Notes: generated by a model not told the origin, from the sequence alone. Shown: positions 8,823 through 20,238, numbered from the stretch's first letter. The stretch: DNA of 64,000 nucleotides from an uncultured Gemmatimonadales bacterium (GCA_963842945.1 CAWJIM010000019.1:448001-512000); one strand, 5' to 3'. Translations and numbers: made by a program.

Positions 8823-11151
8823 ATGACGACCGCGGCCCCGACTACCTGTACCATTCCCGTTTCGGGCATGCACTGCGCCGGCTGCAGCAGCCGAGTGCAG
8901 CAGGCGCTGGAGAGCACGCCGGGCGTGAGCGCCGCGAATGTGAATCTGATGACCAATTCGGCGACCGTGGAGTTCGATCCTTCAGCGGTCACTCCGCAAC
9001 GTCTGGTGGAGGCAATCAGGGAGACGGGCTACGGCGCCGAGCTCCCGGCTGACCGGGTCAGCACTACCGGTGCTGGTCGACCAGCAGGACGCCGCCCGGG
9101 CGGCGGAGATCCGGGAGCTGCGGCAGAAGTTCACTGTCAGCCTCGCCGCCGCCATCCTCGCCATGCTGCTGAGCCTGCCACTGGCGAGCGCCGACCCGGG
9201 CACCACGCGGGATCCCCTGATGCGAGTCATGATGCCGCTCTCCCGGATGTTCGAGCGCATCGTGCCTGGTGTTGCCGATGTGTCGGCAGACGTCTGGCGA
9301 TATCTGCTGCTTGCGGTGACGATCCCGGTGATCGGCTGGGCAGGACGGCATTTCTACAGCCGGGCGTGGGCCGCCGCGCGGCACCGCATGGCCGACATGA
9401 ATACCCTGATCGCGCTCGGCACCGGCGCAGCCTTCCTGTTCAGCCTGGCCATGACACTGGCGGACGATTGGTTTTCCGCCCGCGGGATCAGGCCGCAGGT
9501 GTATTACGAGCCGGTCGTCTGGATCATCGCTCTGATTCTGCTGGGCAATCTGCTGGAGGCGCGGGCGAAGAATCGGACCTGGGAGGCCCTTCGCCGGCTG
9601 ATCGCGCTGCGCCCGCCTACCGCGCGAGTGCTTAGAGGCGGAGAGGAGCAGACCGTCTCCCTCGACGATGTGCGAGTCGGCGATCGCCTGCTGGTACGCC
9701 CGGGCGAGACGATCCCCGCGGATGGAGTGATTCTGGACGGGTCCAGCCACGTCGACGAGTCGATGCTGACCGGCGAGCCGGAGCCGGTTCGGAAAGTCGT
9801 TGGCGACTCGGTCGTCGGCGCCACGCTGAATCGGAACGGCGCGCTGCAGCTCAGGGTCACCCGCACCGGTGAGGAGACGGTCCTCGCCCGGATCATCCGG
9901 CTGGTGCGGGAGGCCCAGGGCTCCAAACCGCCGATACAACGTCTCGCCGATCGCGTCTCCGCTGTTTTTGTTCCCGTGGTTCTCGTCCTGGCGACGCTCA
10001 CCTTCGGAGTCTGGCTGCTGTTTGGGCCGGAGCCGTCCTACCTGCACGCCCTGGTGGCTGCGGTCACGGTGCTCATTATCGCGTGTCCTTGCGCCATGGG
10101 ACTCGCCGTGCCCACGGCCGTGATGGTGGCGACCGGTAGGGGAGCCGAGCTCGGTGTACTGATTCGGGGAGGGGAGGCCCTGGAGCGCACCGGTGACGTG
10201 GATGTGGTGGTGCTGGACAAGACCGGAACCATCACCGAAGGCCGGCCCAGGGTTGGCTCGGTGATCGCAGCGTCCGAGTCCGGCCTGAATGCCGACCGGG
10301 TTCTGCAGCTGGCGGCTTCGGTGGAGCGATTCAGTGAGCATCCGCTGGGCGAGTCAATCGTTGCCGAGGCCGAACGTCGGACGATTCCGCTGCTCCCGGT
10401 TACGGCCTTCGAGAGCCGAACGGGCCGGGGAGTGGAGGGCGTGGTGGAGGGCCACCGCGTCGCCTTGGGGAATGTGGCCCTGATGCGCGAGGCAAAGGTG
10501 GACCCGGCAGCGCTCGACCGGCAGATCGGCAGACCGGATGAGACTCGGGTATACCTCGCGGTCGATGGCCGGGTGGCGGGGCTCATCACCGTGTCAGACC
10601 CGGTCCGATCGAGTAGCGCCGAAGCGGTTCGCCGGCTCAAGGAGCTGGATCTCGATCTGCTCCTGCTCAGCGGGGACGATCAACGGACAACCACCAGCGT
10701 AGCGCAAATGGTTGGGATCGACCACGTCGTGGCCGAGGTGCTGCCGTCGGGGAAGCTGCAAGAAATCCGGCGGCTGCAGCGGGAGGGCAAGTCCGTGGCG
10801 ATGGTGGGAGATGGACTGAACGACGCGCCGGCGCTGGCCCAGGCAGACATCGGGATTGCGATGGGCGGCGGGACCAGCGTGGCGGTTGAAGCCGCTACGG
10901 TCACCCTGATGCGGGGTGATCTCATGGGTGTGGTGGACGGGATCGCGCTCTCCCGCAGGACCATGAAGATCATTCGGCAGAATCTCTTCTGGGCCTTCAT
11001 CTACAACCTGATCGGCATTCCGATAGCCGCCGGTGTGCTGTATCCCCGATTCGGTCTGCTGCTCAGTCCGGCCATGGCGGCGGCGGCCATGGCGGCCAGC
11101 TCGGTGAGTGTGGTGTCCAACAGTCTCCGGCTCAGGAATTACCAGCGTTAA
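8823..11151 (+). CDS. copA: Copper-translocating P1B-type ATPase; frameshift near 9065
   Basis: HMA domain [32 protein letters not shown] and MxxSS copper-specific TM motifs. Confidence 0.93.
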
Positions 11152-11174
11152 CCATTCACCGCTCACCGTTCACG
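11149..11174 (+). repeat. Short degenerate heptamer repeat (TCACCGY)
   Basis: TAACCAT TCACCGC TCACCGT TCACG starting at the copA stop codon. Confidence 0.55.
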
Positions 11175-11191
11175 CAGTGACGAGGTTCAGC

Positions 11192-11536
11192 ATGGCAACA
11201 GAAACCAAGACCCCCTGCGCCTGTGGGGCCAGAACGGGCGACGGCTCCCCGGGCAGCACGGTAGATCCGGAGATCAAACACGCGATCGGTACCCGGCTAC
11301 GCCGGATCGAAGGGCAGGTCCGAGGCCTCCAGAAGATGGTCGAGGAGGAGCGTTACTGCGCCGACGTGCTTATGCAGCTCTCATCGGTGCAGGAAGCTCT
11401 TCGCGGAGTAGGACGGGGACTGCTTCAGAACCACCTGAAGCACTGTGTGACCGAGGTGCTCAGGAGTACTGATCAGGAGCAGGTGGATGCGGCAGTAGAG
11501 GAGCTGATGGAGCTGATGTATAGGAACGCGCGGTAA
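11192..11536 (+). CDS. csoR: Copper-sensing transcriptional repressor
   Basis: RLRRIEGQVRGLQKMVEEERYC...HLKHC with the Cys-His-Cys ligand set; follows copA. Confidence 0.93.
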   Translation: MATETKTPCACGARTGDGSPGSTVDPEIKHAIGTRLRRIEGQVRGLQKMVEEERYCADVLMQLSSVQEALRGVGRGLLQNHLKHCVTEVLRSTDQEQVDAAVEELMELMYRNAR

Positions 11537-12980
11537 GCATATCCGCCGCCACCGTACGGGTCGCTCCCAGGATGACGAGCCCGCCGAGAATAGCGACCGA
11601 CGGAAGCAACAGTACTGCCTGATCCAACCCGAACCGGTCCGATAACGCGCCCACCAGCGGGAAGGCCACCGTGTCGCCCACCAGGTGAATGAAGAGCAGA
11701 TATGCCCCCGCAACGGTCGCGCTGATCTTTGCGGGCACCACGTCGAAGATCACCGCGGCAATCGGGCCGTTGAACCAGGATAAAAAGAAGAAGGCAGCGG
11801 CGAATACCGGCACGAAGAGGCTCATGTCCCGCAGCGTGAGGAGCCAGACCGTGAGCGGCCCCCCGAGCAGCAGGCCTAAGGCGACGGTGATCACCCGACC
11901 GGTGACGGTGTAGCGTCGAAGCCAGTCGGCCAGCACCCCGCCGCAGAGCGCGCCGGTGATGCCGGAAACCAGACCCCACGTCCCCATCAGGGTTGCGGCA
12001 TCCGTTACCGCCAGATTCAGCTCCCGTGAAATGAACGTGGGGGCCCAGCCGACCAGTCCATTGATCCCAAACGAGATCAAGGCGCCGCCCAGGAAGACAT
12101 ACACCAGAGTGGGAGTCCGGAGCACGACCGCCAGCGAGACCGCCTGGTCGCCGAATACCCGGACCAGCGCGGTAGGGCCCGAGGCGGGGGCCTTGGCGAA
12201 GCGTTTGACCCAGAGCCGGATGTTGAGGGCGACGCCCAGGGCAACGCTCGCCCCAAACGCTGCCACGTCGACCTCGGAATCCGCGGCGTAGACCCGGTCG
12301 AAGTGCCAGGCCAGCGCGCCACCGACGACCAGGCTCAGAAGCAGAGGGAAAAAGGATCGAACCAACGAGTTGATGCTGACCTGGAGCTCAGTCCAGCTCT
12401 CCCGAATCGACAGCAACGTGGGGATGCGACCGGGGTCGTGCAGCCGGGCAGTGAGCAGCGCGAGCGCGAATCCGGGAATGCTGACGGCGATCATCGCCGT
12501 CCGCCATCCGTAGACCACCTCGAGGCGGCCACCCAGCCAGATGCCGAGCACGCCCCCCGGCAGGATACCGGCCGCAAGGATCCCCAGAGCCACCGCTCGC
12601 CCTCGCAGCGGAAAGTAGTCCGCGACCATCGACTGGGCGGCGGCGCTGAATGCCGCAGCACCCATGCCCACCAGGGCCCGGCAGATCAGCAGCTGAGGGA
12701 AGCCCACGGCAAAACCGCTGGCCATGGTGAACGCGCTCCACAGGACTATGCCGAGGGTGATCACTGCCCGGCGAGACCGGAGGTCGCTCACGATCCCGAA
12801 GGGCAGCGCCGCCAGGGAGAAGATCAGGACATAGGCGGACGCCAGCCAGCCGAGCTGGGTATCGCTAAGGGCGAGGTCGGCCTTGATCGGATCGAACAGG
12901 CCGAAGATGACGTTCCGGTTGATGAAGCTGATGAGATTGGTGACTGCCAGCAGCCCGAGGGCGTAGTGCGAGCGCTTCAC
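11460..12980 (-). CDS. MFS transporter (spinster-like)
   Basis: Multiple TM helices, [22 protein letters not shown] motif A, GALSDRFG. Confidence 0.9.
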   Translation of the reverse strand: MKRSHYALGLLAVTNLISFINRNVIFGLFDPIKADLALSDTQLGWLASAYVLIFSLAALPFGIVSDLRSRRAVITLGIVLWSAFTMASGFAVGFPQLLICRALVGMGAAAFSAAAQSMVADYFPLRGRAVALGILAAGILPGGVLGIWLGGRLEVVYGWRTAMIAVSIPGFALALLTARLHDPGRIPTLLSIRESWTELQVSINSLVRSFFPLLLSLVVGGALAWHFDRVYAADSEVDVAAFGASVALGVALNIRLWVKRFAKAPASGPTALVRVFGDQAVSLAVVLRTPTLVYVFLGGALISFGINGLVGWAPTFISRELNLAVTDAATLMGTWGLVSGITGALCGGVLADWLRRYTVTGRVITVALGLLLGGPLTVWLLTLRDMSLFVPVFAAAFFFLSWFNGPIAAVIFDVVPAKISATVAGAYLLFIHLVGDTVAFPLVGALSDRFGLDQAVLLLPSVAILGGLVILGATRTVAADMLTARSYTSAPSAPLLPHPPAPDQYS

Positions 12981-14152
12981 CTGCGCGCGACCGTCTCCGC
13001 TCCACCGGCACCCGGGTGCATGTGGGCCAGGGATTCTTCGGCGCGTTGATCGCGGAACTGGAGGGCGGCCCGGTATTCATGCACCAGTCGCTCCATCATC
13101 GCCGTTCGCCTCCCGTACAGTCGCTTGAGCGGACGGGAGGCGCGCCGCTCCCTGGCGTACGCGGTGAGGAGCGGAAGCGCGATGCTGCTGTCGGTGTAGA
13201 CCACGACGGTGCCGGGCAACTGGTCCGGATCGATCTTGCCCCAGCTTACCGCCTCAGCCGGGGTAGCGCCGGAAAGTCCACCAGTATCGGGGCGGGCATC
13301 GGTCATTTGGAGAAAATAGTCATGGCCGCGCTCGTCGATTCCCAGCACTTCCTGGATCTGCGGCTCGGTCTGCAGCATGAAGTTCTTGGGACTACCTCCC
13401 CCGACGATCAAGACGCCACTCTTGCCGCCTCCCCGCTTGGCCTCCAGGACGATGCTCGCGGTCTCATTCACGTCGGCGCTGACGTCAAACCGCAGCTTGC
13501 TCCCGGCAAGCGCCTGCTCGGCCACGTTCATCCCGATCGAGCTGTCGCCCGGAGAGCTGGTATAGATGGGCACCTCCAGCTCGTGGGCAGCCGACAGCAC
13601 CGACCGCCGGGACAGACCAAGGGCACGCTCGCGCTCCCGCACATAGCCGCCCAGCAGATAGTGGTATTCCGCGCTGCTCATGGGGCGCTGGAACTCTTCC
13701 CGGGCCGACACCTCGCGAATGAAGGCATCGGTGGAGAGCAGAACACTGTAATCGAAGAAGATGTCGTAAATCCGCACGACGCCCTTGTCGCGGAGCTCGA
13801 CATCATTGGCGTTGGGCGTTCCCCGGTGCATGGCAAGGCCGAGGGCGAAATGAGCGTCATGGTACAGGTTGGCACCGGTGGAGATCAGCCAGTCCACAAA
13901 CCCCGACTCCATCAGGGGAATGAGGCAGCTCATGCCGAGGCCGGCTGGGGTCATGGCGCCGGTGAGCGTCATTCCCACCGTCACGTCGGGCTCCAGCATA
14001 CGCTGAGTGAAGAGCTGACAGCCTTCCCGCAGCCGGCCCGCGTTATACGCCAGGAAGGCATTGTCGATCAACTCCGCAACGGTCTCTTTGCCGGTGGTGG
14101 CCTTGGGATCGATGCGCTGTCCGCGCAGGTACGGTGCAGAGGGTCTGGTCAT
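12977..14152 (-). CDS. Deoxyhypusine synthase-like protein (homospermidine biosynthesis type)
   Basis: [34 protein letters not shown] with the catalytic Lys. Confidence 0.92.
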   Translation of the reverse strand: MTRPSAPYLRGQRIDPKATTGKETVAELIDNAFLAYNAGRLREGCQLFTQRMLEPDVTVGMTLTGAMTPAGLGMSCLIPLMESGFVDWLISTGANLYHDAHFALGLAMHRGTPNANDVELRDKGVVRIYDIFFDYSVLLSTDAFIREVSAREEFQRPMSSAEYHYLLGGYVRERERALGLSRRSVLSAAHELEVPIYTSSPGDSSIGMNVAEQALAGSKLRFDVSADVNETASIVLEAKRGGGKSGVLIVGGGSPKNFMLQTEPQIQEVLGIDERGHDYFLQMTDARPDTGGLSGATPAEAVSWGKIDPDQLPGTVVVYTDSSIALPLLTAYARERRASRPLKRLYGRRTAMMERLVHEYRAALQFRDQRAEESLAHMHPGAGGAETVARR

Positions 14153-14222
14153 CGCATTAGCAATAGGAGTCTCGGCAAAGATTTATCTGCGCTAATCTGC
14201 GGCCGACAAATATGCCTGTCGG

Positions 14223-14933
14223 TTAACGCTTCTCATTGCGAGCTTCGATCACGATACGGGTTGCTTCCGCAGGATCGTCGGTGACCTGGAACAGCTCGAG
14301 GTCCTTGGCGTCGATCTTCCGCTCGTCCGCAACCGTCTTCGTGAGCCACTCCACCAGTCCCGCCCAGTAGTCCCGGCCGAAGAGAATCACCGGAAAGTTT
14401 CGTACCTTGCCGGTTTGGATCAGGGTGAGCGCCTCGAACAGCTCGTCCATGGTTCCGTACCCGCCGGGGAAAACGATGAACGCGGTGGCGTACTTCACGA
14501 ACATCGTCTTCCGTACGAAGAAGAACTTGAAGTTGAGGCTCCGGCTCAGGTAAGCGTTGGAGCCCTGCTCGAACGGCAGCTCGATATTACAGCCGATCGA
14601 CAACCCCTTGCCTTCCAGTGCTCCCCTGTTGGCCGCCTCCATGATGCCCGGTCCGCCCCCGGTGATAACCGGGATCCCCGCTTGGGCGAGCAGCCGGGCG
14701 GTCTCGACCGCGGCCTTGTACTGAGCATCGTTCGGCTTGGTGCGGGCCGAGCCGAAGATCGATACCCCATCTCGAACATCGGAGAGATTGTCGAACCCCC
14801 AGACGAACTCCCCCATGATGCGGAGCACCCGCCAGGGATCAGAGACCAGGATCTGCGCCTTATCCCGCCGCTCCTGGGGCTGGGGGCCCTCGAGAAGGGT
14901 CTCGTCTTCAGTTGGACGCTTGTTGTCGTCCAT
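14223..14933 (-). CDS. LOG family (TIGR00730-type) Rossmann-fold protein; start may be 14957
   Basis: VSIFGSAR, TGGGPGIMEAAN, FFVRKTMF, PGGYGTMDE. Confidence 0.93.
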   Translation of the reverse strand: MDDNKRPTEDETLLEGPQPQERRDKAQILVSDPWRVLRIMGEFVWGFDNLSDVRDGVSIFGSARTKPNDAQYKAAVETARLLAQAGIPVITGGGPGIMEAANRGALEGKGLSIGCNIELPFEQGSNAYLSRSLNFKFFFVRKTMFVKYATAFIVFPGGYGTMDELFEALTLIQTGKVRNFPVILFGRDYWAGLVEWLTKTVADERKIDAKDLELFQVTDDPAEATRIVIEARNEKR

Positions 14934-14989
14934 GGTGCGGTACGGACTATTGGTCATAGGGAGCGGAATATACCAATTATACTTCGCCG

Positions 14990-15250
14990 ATGTCCCACTC
15001 CTGGGGTTCTTTGACGGGTCGGTTGGTGTTACGGGGCCTGCTGAATCCGCGTCTCGGCATTGACCTGCTCCGGACGGCGTGGGCCTTCCGACGAAGACGG
15101 TGGTGGGCCCAACCACCTTTCCTGCCGGTTCCAGATCGTGCGTATCTGCGTTGGCGGATGCATACCGCCTATGCCAATGAGGACGCGGTGCCGCCGCTCG
15201 ACGATGTCGTCCGCTTTGCCCGATGGCGCCGGGAGACCATGGGGCTGTGA
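14990..15250 (+). CDS. Small hypothetical protein
   Basis: WWAQPPFLPVPDRAYLRWRMHTAY; TATACT box 6 nt before ATG; stop overlaps the ndh start. Confidence 0.7.
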   Translation: MSHSWGSLTGRLVLRGLLNPRLGIDLLRTAWAFRRRRWWAQPPFLPVPDRAYLRWRMHTAYANEDAVPPLDDVVRFARWRRETMGL

Positions 15251-16539
15251 GCCCGCCCCACGTAGTCATCCTGGGTGGAGGATTCGCTGGTCTCTATGCC
15301 GCTCGGGGCCTGCGCCGCGCGCCCGTCCAGGTAACGCTGATTGACCGCCGCAATCACCACCTATTCCAGCCGATGCTCTATCAGGTGGCAACCGCCGCCC
15401 TGAATCCGAGTGACATTGCCGCGCCCATCCGCTCGGTGCTGCGCAGGCAGGCGAATGCGGAAGTTTTGCTGGCCGAAGTCGCCAGCATCGACGTCCCGAA
15501 CCGCCGAGTCGATCTGACTGACGGCAGTCAGGTCGCCTACGACTATCTCATCGTTGCCACCGGCACCCACCACTCGTACTTCGGGCATAATGAATGGGAG
15601 CCGCTGGCCCCCGGTCTCAAGAGCCTGGAAGATGCAGTGGAAATTCGCCAACGGGTGTTGCTCGCGTTCGAGCGCGCCGAGCGGGAAACCGATCCGGTCC
15701 GGCGCCACGCATTTCTCACCTTTGTGATTGTGGGAGGCGGCCCCACCGGCGTGGAGATGGCGGGGGCCGTCGCCGAACTCCGGCGATACGCCCTGCGCCG
15801 GGATTTCCGCCGGATCGATCCGGGTGAAGCCACGGTCATGCTGCTCGAGGGCGGCTCCCGCCTGCTTCCGTCCTATCCGCCGAGTCTCAGCGACAAAGCC
15901 AAGATGGAGCTGCGCCGACTGGGCGTGGAGGTGCGAACCGAGACCATGGTGACCGACATCAGGCCTGGATCGGTCGTCGCCGCAGGCTGGACCATCCCGA
16001 GTCAGACGGTAATCTGGGCTGCCGGCAACCTGGCCAGCTCCGTGCTCAAGTCGCTGGGCACTCCACTCGACAGCGCCGGCCGCGCTATTGTGGAGCCCGA
16101 CTGCACCATCCCCGGACATCCGGAGGTCTTTGTCCTCGGCGACGCCGCGCACTTCGAGCACCAGGAAGGTGGTCCGCTGCCCGGCGTCTCACCTGTGGCC
16201 ATCCAGATGGGCGAATACGCCGCTGGGGTTATTGCGGGAGACCAGAACGGCGAGCCGCGCCGCGCGTTCCAGTATTGGGACAAGGGTCAGCTCGCGGTGA
16301 TCGGCCGGGGCCGAGCGGTGGCGGATATCTGGAAACTCCATTTTGGCGGCCTGCTGGCGTGGCTCACCTGGACCTTTGTTCACATCTTCTTCCTGATCGG
16401 GTTCCGCAACCGGATCCTGGTCATGATTCAGTGGGCCTGGTCCTATCTGACGTATGGCCGTGGGGCTCGTCTGATCACGGGCGAGACACCTCACACGCCT
16501 TCGTTGCCACCGGTGAGCATTCGACCGGCGGCACCATGA
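15247..16539 (+). CDS. ndh: Type II NADH dehydrogenase-like FAD/NAD oxidoreductase
   Basis: GGGFAG, HLFQPMLYQVATA, GGGPTGVEMAG, AIQMG, DKGQLAVIGR. Confidence 0.92.
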   Translation: MSPPHVVILGGGFAGLYAARGLRRAPVQVTLIDRRNHHLFQPMLYQVATAALNPSDIAAPIRSVLRRQANAEVLLAEVASIDVPNRRVDLTDGSQVAYDYLIVATGTHHSYFGHNEWEPLAPGLKSLEDAVEIRQRVLLAFERAERETDPVRRHAFLTFVIVGGGPTGVEMAGAVAELRRYALRRDFRRIDPGEATVMLLEGGSRLLPSYPPSLSDKAKMELRRLGVEVRTETMVTDIRPGSVVAAGWTIPSQTVIWAAGNLASSVLKSLGTPLDSAGRAIVEPDCTIPGHPEVFVLGDAAHFEHQEGGPLPGVSPVAIQMGEYAAGVIAGDQNGEPRRAFQYWDKGQLAVIGRGRAVADIWKLHFGGLLAWLTWTFVHIFFLIGFRNRILVMIQWAWSYLTYGRGARLITGETPHTPSLPPVSIRPAAP

Positions 16540-17471
16540 ACCTTGCCTCGCTCATCAAGTCCCGCGCACGGGAGCTCGGCTTCGTCGGCTGCGGCATTAC
16601 GCACCCTGGACCCAGCGCGTACGGGGAGCAGCTGGATGAGTGGCTGGCCAAAGGCTATGCCGGCACTATGCGCTATCTCCATCGCCAGGCGCGCCGCAGG
16701 CGGAATCCCGGCCTGATCGCGCCGGAGGCGCGGTCGGTGGTGGTAGTGTTAGACAACTACTACAACCCCGATCGAGAGGAGGACCGCCAGGCTCCTCGCG
16801 TGGCGAAGTATGCCCGGGGGCACGATTATCACCGGGTTACCAGCCAACGGCTCGGAGTTTTAGCCGAGTTTCTGCGAGAGCATGGTGCTACGCTGGCTCG
16901 AACCTACGCCGACGCGGGGCCGGTTCCCGAGCGCGAGCTGGCCCGGCGGGCTGGACTCGGCTGGATCGGCAAGAACACCATGCTGGTAAATCCCGGAATC
17001 GGCTCCTTCTTTTTTATCGGATCGATTTTTACCGATCTCACACTCCCGGTTGACCAGCCTTTTGAAACAGATCGCTGCGGCAGCTGCACCCGCTGTCTCG
17101 ATGCCTGCCCGACCGACGCTTTCGTAGAGCCGCGTATGCTGGACGCGACCCGATGCATCTCGTATCTCACCATCGAGCAACGGGGGCCGATTCCGGAGGA
17201 CCTGGCCGACCGCTTCCAGGGTTACGTGTTCGGGTGTGATATCTGCAACGACGTCTGCCCCTGGAATCAACGGTTCGCTGAGCCCACGGGAATCCTGGAG
17301 TTTCAGCCCAGCGCTGAACTGAGCGCAACTGCGGAGCTGTTCGAGGAGATGAGCCCTGAGGAGTTCACCCGGCGATTCGGAGACACGCCGTTGGAACGGC
17401 CGGGACTCGAGGGCATGCGGAGAAATTATCGGGCGGTGTTTGGAGCCCGGGGCGCAGGCAAGCCGGTTTGA
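16536..17471 (+). CDS. queG: tRNA epoxyqueuosine(34) reductase
   Basis: YARGHDYH, AGLGWIGKN, CGSCTRCLDACPT, CISYLTIE, FGCDICNDVCPWN. Confidence 0.95.
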   Translation: MNLASLIKSRARELGFVGCGITHPGPSAYGEQLDEWLAKGYAGTMRYLHRQARRRRNPGLIAPEARSVVVVLDNYYNPDREEDRQAPRVAKYARGHDYHRVTSQRLGVLAEFLREHGATLARTYADAGPVPERELARRAGLGWIGKNTMLVNPGIGSFFFIGSIFTDLTLPVDQPFETDRCGSCTRCLDACPTDAFVEPRMLDATRCISYLTIEQRGPIPEDLADRFQGYVFGCDICNDVCPWNQRFAEPTGILEFQPSAELSATAELFEEMSPEEFTRRFGDTPLERPGLEGMRRNYRAVFGARGAGKPV

Positions 17472-17920
17472 CCACTCACCTGAAGCGCATGCTCCGCTAC
17501 GATATCTGGGCCAACGAGGCGACGCTGGAATCGCTTACCCAGGGCACTCCGCCGCCGCGCAGCCTGCGCTGGATGAGCCACATCATTGGTGCGGAGCTCC
17601 TGTGGCTCAGCCGAATGGAGGGCGTACCCAGTGAGCTGCCGGTATGGCCGGAGCTTACGGTGGAGCAGTGTCAGGCGCGGCTACCCGAGCTATCAAGCGA
17701 GCTCGGCGATGTTGAGCGCCTCGGGCCGCTGAATCGTCCGGTGAGCTACACCAATTCCAAAGGGGAGCCGTGGACCAGCACGGTCGAGGAGATTCTTACG
17801 CACCTCGTGATCCACTCGGCATACCACCGGGGACAGATCGCTTCTGATCTGAGGGCCGCCGGACAGGAGCCGGCCTACACCGATTACATCCACGCCGTAC
17901 GCCAGGGCCTGCTCGAATGA
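17468..17920 (+). CDS. DinB family protein
   Basis: YDIWAN, SHII.AE..W, HLVIHSAYHRGQI. Confidence 0.9.
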   Translation: MTTHLKRMLRYDIWANEATLESLTQGTPPPRSLRWMSHIIGAELLWLSRMEGVPSELPVWPELTVEQCQARLPELSSELGDVERLGPLNRPVSYTNSKGEPWTSTVEEILTHLVIHSAYHRGQIASDLRAAGQEPAYTDYIHAVRQGLLE

Positions 17921-18135
17921 ACGCGTCGCCCGGACCAATGATCGTGATGGCCGGAGTGGCACTCGTTCTGGTGGGACTTGCAGTCTGGTCCGGTGCATTG
18001 GGATGGTTCGGCAGACTCCCCGGGGATATCCGGATCGAGCGCGACTCGATGCGGATCTACATCCCGCTGGCCTCGATGCTGGTGATATCGGTTGTGCTGA
18101 GCCTCCTGATGTACCTGCTCAATCGCCTGCGCTGA
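17917..18135 (+). CDS. DUF2905-type small membrane protein
   Basis: GWFGRLPGDIRIER...YIPLASML. Confidence 0.85.
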   Translation: MNASPGPMIVMAGVALVLVGLAVWSGALGWFGRLPGDIRIERDSMRIYIPLASMLVISVVLSLLMYLLNRLR

Positions 18136-19615
18136 TCTTCCGCCCCAGCTTCACCACCGCGTCTACCAGGAGCTCGAAGTCAGTCCGCCGGCTTCGGTGG
18201 TTGACGTTGGCGCAACGAATCGCGTACTGCCCCTGCAGAACTGTGGCTGAGGGGAGGGCCAGTCCGCTCTCCTGCAACCGGAGCAGGATTTCCTCGTTCA
18301 AGGCATTGAGATCGACACCCTCATTTCCCCGCGGCACATAGCGAAAGCACACAACATTCAGCGGAACCGGCGCGAGCAGCTCCAGCTCCGGATGGGCCTC
18401 GATCAGACCGGCCAGGTATTGGGCCTGAGCCACATTCTGTTCGATCAGCCGGGCCAAGGCTGTCACCCCGTACGCCTTAAACGACAGCCACACCTTGAGG
18501 GCCTTGAATCCCCGAGTCAGGTCCACACCGCGATCGGCGAAGGGGAATCCTCCGGCGATAGGGCCCCGTTTGGCTCCGCCCAGATAGCTCGCGCTGATGG
18601 CAAAGGTGGCGCGGTGCAGCTCCGGATCGCGGACCAGGAGACAGGCGCACTCGAACGGCAGGTAACCCCACTTGTGGAGATCGAACCCGAGCGAATCGGC
18701 GAGCTCGATGCCCTTCACCTTGTCTCGCAGCTTGGGAGGCAAGCGAAGCAGGGCACCGAACGCTCCATCTACGTGGAACCAGATTCCCTCATTCCGGCAG
18801 AACTGGGCCAGAGCGGCAAGATCGTCGGTTGCTCCCGTGTTCACGGTGCCGGCGGTGCCAATGATGCAACACGGCAGCGCACCGGCTGCCCGATCCCGGG
18901 CAACCGCCTCCTTCAGGAGGGGAACGTTCATCCGGTACTCCTCGTCTACCGGGATCAACCGGAGCGAGCCATTTCCCAGGCCCAGCAGCTCGACCGCCTT
19001 TTGGGCCCACCCGTGCACCTCGGTTGAGGCGTAGCAAATCAACCTGGGAGTGGTCCGGCCGGTCTGCGCATCCTGGAGACCATCTTCTCGAACGTTGATT
19101 CCGATCCGCTCCAGGGCGTGGTGCCGAGCCACGGCGAAGCCAAGGATGTTCGCCATAGAACCGCCGGTCACCATCAGCCCGCTGGCCTCGGCGGGGAAGC
19201 CCATCAGCTCCGCGAGCCACCGTACCACCTGCTGTTCGACCAGGGTGGGGGACTGGTCGAAACCGGCCAAGTGCGGATTCAATCCGGCGGCAAGCATGTC
19301 GGCCATCATCCCAAAAGGAGTGCCGTTCCCCTGGACCCAGCCCCAGAAACGGGGATGCAGGTTGCCGTTCGGATAGGGAAGAACCAGACGGAGAAACGAT
19401 TGGTAGGCCGCCTCCTCACCCTCACCCTCCAGCGGCAGCGAACTGCTCAGGGCCGACCGCACCTCCGGCGGCGGCGACCGCCATACCGGCTGGTCGCGGA
19501 TCGTCGAGAGGTGATCCAGCATGTCGTCGACCATCCGGTGGGCCAGCGCCCGGAACTCGGACCACTCGGCCGGACCGGCCGGGTCCAGCGACTTCTCCAA
19601 GCTCTCGGTCAACAA
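18119..19615 (-). CDS. Group II PLP-dependent (aromatic amino acid-type) decarboxylase
   Basis: HPRFWGWV, TAGTVNTGATDD, WFHVDGAFG, DLHKW with the PLP lysine. Confidence 0.93.
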   Translation of the reverse strand: MLTESLEKSLDPAGPAEWSEFRALAHRMVDDMLDHLSTIRDQPVWRSPPPEVRSALSSSLPLEGEGEEAAYQSFLRLVLPYPNGNLHPRFWGWVQGNGTPFGMMADMLAAGLNPHLAGFDQSPTLVEQQVVRWLAELMGFPAEASGLMVTGGSMANILGFAVARHHALERIGINVREDGLQDAQTGRTTPRLICYASTEVHGWAQKAVELLGLGNGSLRLIPVDEEYRMNVPLLKEAVARDRAAGALPCCIIGTAGTVNTGATDDLAALAQFCRNEGIWFHVDGAFGALLRLPPKLRDKVKGIELADSLGFDLHKWGYLPFECACLLVRDPELHRATFAISASYLGGAKRGPIAGGFPFADRGVDLTRGFKALKVWLSFKAYGVTALARLIEQNVAQAQYLAGLIEAHPELELLAPVPLNVVCFRYVPRGNEGVDLNALNEEILLRLQESGLALPSATVLQGQYAIRCANVNHRSRRTDFELLVDAVVKLGRKISAGD

Positions 19616-19727
19616 GGGTTTACGTCATGTTCTCTCTCCGTTTGAGCGCATGCCAACAGGGTCACACATTGGCTTGCCGCGCTACCCGCTTCATGCGCTC
19701 AAACTACTGGAACCTTACTATTCAATC

Positions 19728-20234
19728 ATGGCAGACACCTTGAACCGGCCGCCGCCAGCACCCATCGTGGTGAACCGGCGAACGCCGCAGGTCGAGCGCC
19801 TCAAGATCCTGACGCGGCTGCTGGACAACGCGTTCCAGATCCCGGGCACCCGGTTCCGCATCGGGCTGGACGCGATCGTCGGCATAATCCCCGGAATCGG
19901 GGATGCCATCGGTGCCGTGTTCTCCGCCTTCATCGTCTTTCAGGCGGCGCGGCTCGGTGTTTCTCGGGCGACCCTGGCGCGAATGATGGGCAATGTGGTG
20001 CTCGATACCGTCGTCGGGGAGATCCCCCTGCTCGGTGATCTGTTCGATGCCGGCTGGAAGGCGAACACGAAGAACATGGCCCTGCTGGAGGCGCATCTCG
20101 ATCGGCCTGAGTCAACCGGCAGGTCCAGCCGAACGGTGCTGCTTCTGTTGGGAGCAGGGTTGCTGGTGCTGCTGGCCGGAGTCATAGCTCTGGGAGTTCT
20201 CGTAGCCAAACTTGTCGTCGTTCAGATGCGGTGA
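19728..20234 (+). CDS. DUF4112 domain membrane protein
   Basis: LLDNAFQIPGTRFRIGLDAIVGIIPGIGD...IPLLGDLFD.WKAN. Confidence 0.9.
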   Translation: MADTLNRPPPAPIVVNRRTPQVERLKILTRLLDNAFQIPGTRFRIGLDAIVGIIPGIGDAIGAVFSAFIVFQAARLGVSRATLARMMGNVVLDTVVGEIPLLGDLFDAGWKANTKNMALLEAHLDRPESTGRSSRTVLLLLGAGLLVLLAGVIALGVLVAKLVVVQMR

Positions 20235-20238
20235 GTCG

